Below, in pieces: positions 63,901 to 64,000 of a stretch of DNA of 64,000 bases (positions are counted from its first letter, which is position 1; each line of letters opens with the position of its first letter). The stretch lies in assembly GCA_030390025.1 (NCBI GenBank), contig CM059432.1, forward strand, positions 35,280,001 through 35,344,000, written 5' to 3'. The stretch comes from Squalus acanthias (lineage: Eukaryota). Below the pieces are notes generated by a model that was not told the origin of the DNA, did not search any database, and worked only from the letters and a program-made list of their open reading frames with translations. A program made the translations under genes and the position numbers.

Positions 63901-64000
63901 ACTGAATTTAAATTCCCCAGCTGCCGTGGTGGGATTTGAACTCACATCTACTGGATCATTAGTCCAGGCCTCTGGATTACTAGCCCAGTGACATTACCAC
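60913..64000 (-). mobile_element. Second copy of the tRNA-headed single-ORF LINE (head cut by the window edge)
   Basis: Same head (reverse complement of 63925-64000) and same ATG context (63703, MKRDGP vs MKPDGP). APE/RT ORF fragments 63201-63506, 62194-63042, 62034-62558 and 60979-62019, the last ending HHLLKGN*. Confidence 0.88.

Overview
Repeat-dense vertebrate genomic DNA. The TE complement (CR1/HER1-type LINEs, L2, HE1/V-SINE, Deu-domain SINEs, Penelope remnants, PIF/Harbinger MITEs) points to a cartilaginous fish, probably a shark. One host gene is visible on the minus strand, an NACAD (NAC-alpha domain containing) orthologue. It has a 70-nt first coding exon (47724-47655), a ~36 kb TE-filled intron and a giant 9,132-nt phase-1/phase-1 second exon (11382-2251); the NAC-domain exons must lie left of the window. 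The most unusual element is a ~3.3 kb non-LTR retrotransposon family with a single APE+RT ORF, no ORF1 and a tRNA-like Pol III head (A box, anticodon-like arm, B box). It is present as two 5'-complete or near-complete copies (52920-58497 +, 60913-64000 -) plus truncated copies. By manual reading, the sense strand of the three long copies contains no TTTT (the Pol III terminator). A SINE made of essentially this element's 5' and 3' UTRs is also present in several copies. Together these suggest an autonomous, Pol III-transcribed LINE with its own non-autonomous derivative. All calls come from manual reading; no searches were run.
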